IMG/VR virus record: IMGVR_UViG_3300027963_000058
Coordinates: 27,015 to 91,014 of that record
Source: a virus
Taxonomy: Duplodnaviria; Caudoviricetes
Reading direction: 5' to 3' (one strand)
DNA: 64,000 bases
The position numbers and the translations under genes were made by a program. Position 1 is the first letter of the stretch; the number at the start of each line of letters is the position of its first letter. Positions 58,451 through 64,000 of this stretch are shown piece by piece. The notes under the pieces are model-generated. The model had not been told where the DNA came from, did no database searches, and was given only the letters and a program-made list of their open reading frames with translations.

Positions 58451-58524
58451 TGGCGAATCCCCAGGGAGTCGAACCCCGGCCCTCAGTTTTGGAGACTGAT
58501 GTGCTACCGTAACACTTGGGACTC
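58451..58524 (-). tRNA. tRNA-Trp(CCA)
   Basis: TCAGT-CTCCAAA-ACTGA; encoded CCA. Confidence 0.95.
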
Positions 58525-58684
58525 ATCTATCTGATCTGGCTGGTAACACTCTACTCTTCAACTCAGCCTCGGCACGTTTGAGCTTGTCTTCAAACAGTCG
58601 CTGTTTCATTTCTTCAGTTAAGACCAAGTTACCAATGGCCTGCTTTACAATCTGTTGATTCAATCTGGTATAATCTATTGTCAT
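58523..58684 (-). CDS. 53-aa protein (not in track), first gene after the attenuator
   Basis: AAAGGAAAG RBS; MTIDYTRLNQQIVKQAIGNL... Confidence 0.6.
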   Translation of the reverse strand: MTIDYTRLNQQIVKQAIGNLVLTEEMKQRLFEDKLKRAEAELKSRVLPARSDR

Positions 58685-58703
58685 TTTTCTTTCCTTTTAA
58701 AAT

Positions 58704-58736
58704 AAAAAAAGCCCCTAAATCACTTTAGAGGCTTTT
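58704..58736 (-). terminator. Attenuator terminator hairpin
   Basis: GCCTCTAAA-GTGA-TTTAGGGGC followed by T7. Confidence 0.88.
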
Positions 58737-58771
58737 GAATATAATTGATACAATCGCTATTCAAATGCCTC
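58728..58771 (-). promoter_or_regulatory. Antiterminator hairpin, mutually exclusive with the terminator
   Basis: GAGGCATTTGAATA (58771-58758) pairs 13/14 with TATTCAAAAGCCTC (58741-58728), which overlaps the terminator 5' arm. Confidence 0.8.
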
Positions 58772-58840
58772 ACTCAAATGACCGTCCTCTTGCCAAGCGC
58801 AAGTGTCCAAACAAAGATGGATGCAGTATTGATTCTTCAT
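58757..58840 (-). CDS. 27-aa putative attenuator leader peptide MKNQYCIHLCLDTCAWQEDGHLSEAFE
   Basis: Starts 9 nt after the -10 box; last codons and stop form the antiterminator 5' arm. Confidence 0.75.
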   Translation of the reverse strand: MKNQYCIHLCLDTCAWQEDGHLSEAFE

Positions 58841-58849
58841 TATGTAACT

Positions 58850-58878
58850 ATTGTATACGAGTATTTATTATGTGTCAA
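58850..58878 (-). promoter_or_regulatory. Sigma70 promoter of the tRNA operon (with embedded AATAAATA)
   Basis: TTGACA-N17-TACAAT. Confidence 0.85.
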
Positions 58879-58889
58879 CCTTTAAAAGG

Positions 58890-59993
58890 TCAACCTTTGA
58901 ATTTGGCCATATCCTGTGGTACCAGCTCCATGGATACGGAAATATTTGGATTTAACTGAGTGGACACATGCCACTGTTTTTGATTTGTTATTAACAAATG
59001 CAATTCAGATTGCGTATGCTCGTTGTGTTTTTTTATTTGATTGTGCAGGTGGCCTGAAAAAACATTCTGTCTGCATAACTTTAGATTGTGCTTGAATCTT
59101 GGTTGATTGTCCTGCACAAACTGACACACCCGATCTGGATCTTGTAACAGGTCTAGATTGCGTTCAATGGCTGAGTAACATCGATCTAGTGGATCCGGCA
59201 TGTTTTGATATCTGTGATCGACCACATCATTAAACATATCAAATCCCAACTCACTCAACCTATCGGCATGCCGCCATCCACCTACCCAAATTGGTATAGT
59301 TCCGCCCCAGATGGCCATGATGGTTTTTTCTGAAATCCTGGTCTCGCGTTCAAAAAACAAACTTTCAGTGATCAGGCTAATGCAACTGGGTTCAAACACT
59401 GTGGTTCGTAACAGTTTATCATAAGTGTCTTGATTGGTAAAATTACCATTTTGTAACCCTTGATCCAGCAGATCTTCTGTGCCAAACATGTAGCTGGTTC
59501 CGGGTATAGTAGTCTCAGCGTTGTCTGATATGATTTTATGGTAATGGTCATTGTTGGTTAGAGTCATCAGTCTTTTACTGCCCAGGTGTTTTTCTTTCCA
59601 GGGCAAACTGTAGGTGTAATTGGTCAATCCAAAATGTGCTATCAGCATCAATAAAAAATTTCTATGCACTCTGGGTTTGTTGATCATGAAATTAAACGCA
59701 ACAGTTTTTTTACCCCAGTTGGGTTGTATGGCATGGGCATTGAACCGATCACAAACTTCAGCAGTGAATCTTGGAAAAGTAACACAGTTATACCGGGCCA
59801 GTACATCATCATGTCCAAGTCCTTCGATGATTACAAGATGCTGTTGTGGATCACACTCACTGTTTGCCAGTAATTTTTCCACCTGAAAGCAATGATTGGC
59901 TTCATCATAATGATGGTCGTCCATGTAGATAATGGCTGGTTGGGTAAGGATTTCTCCCTGATACTGATAGTCAGGGCCGAATATTTTAATCAT
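58890..59993 (-). CDS. GT-B-like glycosyltransferase paralog
   Basis: FNFMINKPRVHR; ISLITES..ISEKT..GFDMF..DHRY; start MIKIFG. Confidence 0.6.
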   Translation of the reverse strand: MIKIFGPDYQYQGEILTQPAIIYMDDHHYDEANHCFQVEKLLANSECDPQQHLVIIEGLGHDDVLARYNCVTFPRFTAEVCDRFNAHAIQPNWGKKTVAFNFMINKPRVHRNFLLMLIAHFGLTNYTYSLPWKEKHLGSKRLMTLTNNDHYHKIISDNAETTIPGTSYMFGTEDLLDQGLQNGNFTNQDTYDKLLRTTVFEPSCISLITESLFFERETRISEKTIMAIWGGTIPIWVGGWRHADRLSELGFDMFNDVVDHRYQNMPDPLDRCYSAIERNLDLLQDPDRVCQFVQDNQPRFKHNLKLCRQNVFSGHLHNQIKKHNEHTQSELHLLITNQKQWHVSTQLNPNISVSMELVPQDMAKFKG

Positions 59994-60038
59994 AGTTAAT
60001 CTATTAAACTGATATTTATTAGGGGTTAACACGCAATC

Positions 60039-60046
60039 TATAAATA
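60039..60046 (+). promoter_or_regulatory. T4-like late promoter TATAAATA (divergent partner AATAAATA at 60013-60020)
   Basis: Exact consensus 5 nt before ATG 60052. Confidence 0.65.
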
Positions 60047-60051
60047 TCATC

Positions 60052-61059
60052 ATGTTATCTTTGCATGAAATAAAACACGTCCAGATTGAATTGACCACAC
60101 GATGTAATGCTAGATGCCCTATGTGCATGAGAAACTATCGCGGGTTTGATTACAATGGTGGTTATCCTGAAACTGAACTTAGCCTGGCGGACATACAAAA
60201 AATACTAGCTCCTGATTTTTTAAATCAGCTACGCTCGGTAAAGTTTAACGGCAATCTTGGAGATTTTGGCCTGGCCACTGACGCCTTGGACATAGTACAC
60301 TGGTTAGTGGATCAAGATGTTAGAGTGTATATCAATACCAATGGCAGCATGCGGACACCCAGTTGGTGGGCACAATTAGCCCAACCTGGTGTCACCATTG
60401 GTTTTGCGCTGGATGGCATGGCTGATACACATAGTTTGTATAGACAAGACACTAATTGGCATACCGTGATTAAAAATGCCCAGGAATTTATTGATGCAGG
60501 CGGAGAAGCAATCTGGAGATTCATACCATTTGATCACAACCGGCACCAAGAACAAGAATGCAAACAATTGGCCTCTAACATGGGATTTGCACGATTTGAA
60601 AATATCGACGAAGGACGAAATCGCGGTCCTGTGTATACCAGGACTGGTCAGCTTAGTCATCTGCTTGGCAAGCCCTTTACTGGCCACGACTCAGTCCCGC
60701 CTGATGTTCAATCACTATTGGCCAGTCATGTGACCTGGTTTGACCATCGCACAGTAAGCTGTGACAAAGACACCCAGCCATTGAATTTGATCTGTCAACA
60801 CAAACGTATGAAAGAATTATACATAGCAGCAGATGGATCAGTATATCCGTGTTGTTTTTTAGGATTCTATCCTGAAACCATGCACCATCCAGGTAACAGT
60901 CAATTGAAAGAGCTAGTAAAAGAAAACAATGCATTAGAATACGATCTAGAACACTGTCTCAAATGGTTTGATGCTATAGAAGAAAGCTGGAGCAAAGATT
61001 CAATAGCCGAAGGTCGCTTGTACGGATGCGTAAATTCGTGTGGTGGTCGTAGTAGTTAA
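60052..61059 (+). CDS. Radical SAM enzyme with C-terminal SPASM/twitch domain
   Basis: CNARCPMC; TNG; [19 protein letters not shown]. Confidence 0.9.
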   Translation: MLSLHEIKHVQIELTTRCNARCPMCMRNYRGFDYNGGYPETELSLADIQKILAPDFLNQLRSVKFNGNLGDFGLATDALDIVHWLVDQDVRVYINTNGSMRTPSWWAQLAQPGVTIGFALDGMADTHSLYRQDTNWHTVIKNAQEFIDAGGEAIWRFIPFDHNRHQEQECKQLASNMGFARFENIDEGRNRGPVYTRTGQLSHLLGKPFTGHDSVPPDVQSLLASHVTWFDHRTVSCDKDTQPLNLICQHKRMKELYIAADGSVYPCCFLGFYPETMHHPGNSQLKELVKENNALEYDLEHCLKWFDAIEESWSKDSIAEGRLYGCVNSCGGRSS

Positions 61060-61075
61060 TTTTAAAAGGAACGTA

Positions 61076-61951
61076 ATGACTTCAGCAAAAATTTTGTATC
61101 TAGCACGTTATCGAGTGCCGCATGCTATCATGAGCCTGCAACCTGAATTTACCAAACATTTGATTGGCGTAGACAGGACCTGTATCGCCAGTCCGGTACC
61201 TAAAGAAGAACTTTGGCCCATCTTTGAAAAATACAACATTGATACCACAAACTTTGATTATGCACCGGACAGTGAAATTTACAGGCTATATCCTGAAGTC
61301 AACAACTGGGTATTTGAAGGCGACTACAGGACCTATTGGTTGCGTCAACAGGCCATCAAGTTTGCGTTTTTAGATTACCTTGATTACGATCTCATGGTCA
61401 TGCACGACTGTGACTGCTTGTTGATACAAGACTATGAACCCTTCAAGAACAACATGCTCAACTTCATGGTGTTGGAAAATGAACGACACAGTTGGGGTTA
61501 TTATGAAAGTATCAAGAATGCTCTGGGATTTGAACGACTTACTCCGCACTGCTTTATTAGCGAGTTTGTGCCAGTGCTCAAACGCGACTTCGACGACCTT
61601 GTGACATTTTTAGAAACAACACACAAGAAAAAATGGTTGGATGCCATGATTGACAGTTGCCCACCAGAGCCTACTGTACCACCTTGGGGCAAGGGAGAAT
61701 TAATACGTTGGTTCAGCGAGTATGAATTTATCGGTAACTGGGCCATGAGCCGACAACCGATCACTATGGAATTCCAGCGACGCTATCACTACGATGACAT
61801 GGAAAACATTGGCGGCTTTGATCCTGCCCTCCACACAGCAGTATGTGATGCTGTGCCCGATCTTTCTAGAAGTTTGCAGTTTGATTGGACACGTCGAGAA
61901 GTTGTACGCCTTGATTATTACATGGACAAGATACGTGAACACTTGGCTTAA
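61076..61951 (+). CDS. GT-A-like protein (DUF6492-like)
   Basis: WLRQQAIK, HDCD (DxD), FSEYE; AAAGGA RBS. Confidence 0.55.
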   Translation: MTSAKILYLARYRVPHAIMSLQPEFTKHLIGVDRTCIASPVPKEELWPIFEKYNIDTTNFDYAPDSEIYRLYPEVNNWVFEGDYRTYWLRQQAIKFAFLDYLDYDLMVMHDCDCLLIQDYEPFKNNMLNFMVLENERHSWGYYESIKNALGFERLTPHCFISEFVPVLKRDFDDLVTFLETTHKKKWLDAMIDSCPPEPTVPPWGKGELIRWFSEYEFIGNWAMSRQPITMEFQRRYHYDDMENIGGFDPALHTAVCDAVPDLSRSLQFDWTRREVVRLDYYMDKIREHLA

Positions 61952-62999
61952 CAACCTCAAGATATACAGCCCTGGTTATGAAGGCAGATACTGGGGATTC
62001 AACGTCGGGCAGTTTGTAGACCTTAGCACCGCGCTTGAACAACCGGTCAAAATTGCTGTGTTACCTGTGTTCTATAACAAGCCCGCAGAGTTCAGTTATA
62101 GACCCGAGTACGCCAGTCTTGACGTTTCTCAATTTGATCTTGTGGTATTTGTCGACATTGAATTTAGATTCCAGACCGAACTGGTAGACTGGATTGCAAC
62201 CACCGGAGTTTCAAATTGGTTACTCAGCATGGGCGGGTTACATGCGGGCGAAGTGCTAGATGCAAGAACTGTATATGTACCGGTATGGAGTTTTAACTTT
62301 TTACAATGGAACACGCCACGTGCGGATTTTCCACTAGATAGGCCATTCTTGTTTGACTGTTTATGTGGTACACGGAGATCACACAGAGATTATGTGATGC
62401 TGGCCTTGGAACAGTCAGGACTGCTGAATCAATCTATCGCAACCTACCGAGATGTGTTTATTGGTGGCGATTGCACTTCTACTCCGCTACATGTGCAGAA
62501 CGAATTTCCAGGCCGACAAGTACTTTGGCCATATGTGAGCCCAAATCTTGACCCCGAGTGGGAGGTAGGATCAAAAATAGACCACACTATCAGTGGCATA
62601 GTGCCATGGGAAATCTACAATCGCACATACTATAGCATCTTGGTGGAAACACTGGGATATGGAAGTACCTATCTCATGGCTGAAAAAATAGGTAAATGTT
62701 TATTTGGCCGCAGACTATTTGTGCATTTTGGTGCTGCTAACTGGCTATCAACATTAAAAAGTTTTGGGTTTGAAACTTTTGATTCCGTACTAGACGAAAG
62801 CTATGATACTCAGTCTACGATTGATACACGCAGATACAAAGCGGCATTTGACCAGGTAGAATGGTTGAGCAAACAAAATCATCCTGCGTTGTTGCAAAAG
62901 GTTCGCCCTATACTAGATCACAATCATGATAACCTGTATCGTTTTAAAGAGCAAAAGCTCACGGAAATGCAAGAGCTATTTGTTGCTTACTGTAGATAA
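61935..62999 (+). CDS. GT-B-like glycosyltransferase paralog
   Basis: FDCLCG..HR; YSILVET..AEKIGK..GFETF..DESYD. Confidence 0.6.
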   Translation: MNTWLNNLKIYSPGYEGRYWGFNVGQFVDLSTALEQPVKIAVLPVFYNKPAEFSYRPEYASLDVSQFDLVVFVDIEFRFQTELVDWIATTGVSNWLLSMGGLHAGEVLDARTVYVPVWSFNFLQWNTPRADFPLDRPFLFDCLCGTRRSHRDYVMLALEQSGLLNQSIATYRDVFIGGDCTSTPLHVQNEFPGRQVLWPYVSPNLDPEWEVGSKIDHTISGIVPWEIYNRTYYSILVETLGYGSTYLMAEKIGKCLFGRRLFVHFGAANWLSTLKSFGFETFDSVLDESYDTQSTIDTRRYKAAFDQVEWLSKQNHPALLQKVRPILDHNHDNLYRFKEQKLTEMQELFVAYCR

Positions 63000-63000
63000 T

Positions 63001-63723
63001 TTATTCTAGTATAGAATTCTCGCGAATATAATTAACTAAAAATTCGTTTAATTTTTGATGATGCCCAGCCTTTGGGTGCTTGATATCATCTGGTACATCA
63101 TATATAGGATTGGCTCCATAGTTGGTTGGCGGCACACCATTGCTTAATTGCCACGGGACCGCACGCCATCTGTATCCATCTATGATAGTACTAGTGCTTT
63201 TGAAAAGAGCCAGGCGTGGATCGTCTAGATATTCTTGATATAATGGGTCAGCCTGTTGATACACCAACACACGGTGTCCACGAGCATGTAAACTAGAAAT
63301 CATGCTTAATATTTTATACATTAAATCTTCAACACGATCTAATATACTGTACATTTCACTGTTTAGTTTAAGAGTCACAAACTGATTGGTTTCAGCTTGC
63401 CCCCACCCATATTGCCAGTCTTTTGCAAACTGTTGATTTTGTGGATTTGTCCAACGTCCTTCAAATTCAGATTGATTCTCCAAGATAGGAATTTCTAGTC
63501 TACTCAAAAATGTCATGCCTAGCACATACAAAGTTGGTTGTACAGTTTGATAACTGTGTTTGAGTGTGGTGCGTATGATTCTAGTGTTAGCACTACCGCC
63601 AATGGCCAAACTTTCAGAAGCAACCATGCCTAGTTGATCAGCAAGATCCCAGTGTCCAACACCTAGAGCGTAAGCCTCCATATAACTACAACCATTTACC
63701 ACTAGATGATTAACTTTGTCCAT
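63001..63723 (-). CDS. SGNH-hydrolase-like protein
   Basis: NGCSY, LAIGGSAN, C-terminal HP..HH. Confidence 0.6.
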   Translation of the reverse strand: MDKVNHLVVNGCSYMEAYALGVGHWDLADQLGMVASESLAIGGSANTRIIRTTLKHSYQTVQPTLYVLGMTFLSRLEIPILENQSEFEGRWTNPQNQQFAKDWQYGWGQAETNQFVTLKLNSEMYSILDRVEDLMYKILSMISSLHARGHRVLVYQQADPLYQEYLDDPRLALFKSTSTIIDGYRWRAVPWQLSNGVPPTNYGANPIYDVPDDIKHPKAGHHQKLNEFLVNYIRENSILE

Positions 63724-64000
63724 GCGCTTGGGTGATCAGTTTATAAAAATTTTCTGCAATAATCGCTTGTCCAGCAGGACTTGAATGATATCCAGGATCT
63801 TCCCCTTTAAATGGATTGTTGCCGCATATGGCCTGTGGTGAGTGTTTTGGATCTAGATTGATATAGTGATCAGGAACCACATCTGGAAATGCCTGTCGCC
63901 ATTGATTGATATTATCTGGATCAAACGGCCACAGCAAATTGGGCAACACCAGGAATTTGATACCGTCTAGATACATCGTGATTACACCTTCACGTATAAT
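63710..64000 (-). CDS. SGNH-like protein, C-terminal part (start lies outside the window)
   Basis: DPGYHSSPAGQAIIA block-V-like motif. Confidence 0.5.
   Translation of the reverse strand: MIREGVITMYLDGIKFLVLPNLLWPFDPDNINQWRQAFPDVVPDHYINLDPKHSPQAICGNNPFKGEDPGYHSSPAGQAIIAENFYKLITQAHGQS

Noticed and set aside
58757-58840. Cys-rich leader as a RiPP (ranthipeptide/sactipeptide) precursor for nearby radical SAM enzymes
   Set aside because: Not excluded, but overlap with mutually exclusive RNA hairpins explains it better, and no RRE domain or peptidase/transporter is evident
58735-58959. 74-aa plus-strand ORF across the attenuator
   Set aside because: TTG start without an RBS, antisense to the promoter/leader/terminator arrangement

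Overview
This window looks like part of a large (jumbo-type) lytic dsDNA phage genome using genetic code 11. A proteobacterial host is suggested by the RpoZ-like and TctC/Bug-like genes, but this is inference. 1-10 kb holds virion structural genes (giant baseplate/tail-like protein, tail fibre). 10-37 kb is a dense sugar-tailoring island: GT-A and GT-B-like glycosyltransferases interleaved with five N-terminal-twitch radical SAM enzymes, plus a carbamoyltransferase, amidinotransferase, DegT aminotransferase, NAD epimerase and a 1395-aa repeat protein, followed by thyX. 37-53 kb carries small early genes behind near-consensus TTGACC-N17-TATAAT promoters, a MoxR-like AAA ATPase/vWA pair, a flavin halogenase, a 2OG-Fe oxygenase, a PP-loop enzyme, a TctC-like protein and an RNAP omega homolog. 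52-59 kb holds ten tRNA genes with two B12 radical SAM genes, and 59-64 kb has more radical SAM, GT-like and SGNH genes. The top finding is an unannotated leader-peptide transcription attenuator (58704-58878) in front of the tRNA-Trp/His/Gly/Cys operon. Its 27-aa leader is rich in Cys, His and Trp, so it may switch phage tRNAs on when translation stalls. Also notable: a structured two-repeat ncRNA between tRNA-Asp and tRNA-Glu, a rare tRNA-Ser(ACT), and an omega lacking the ppGpp-binding N-terminus. All calls were made by eye from motifs; no database searches were run.
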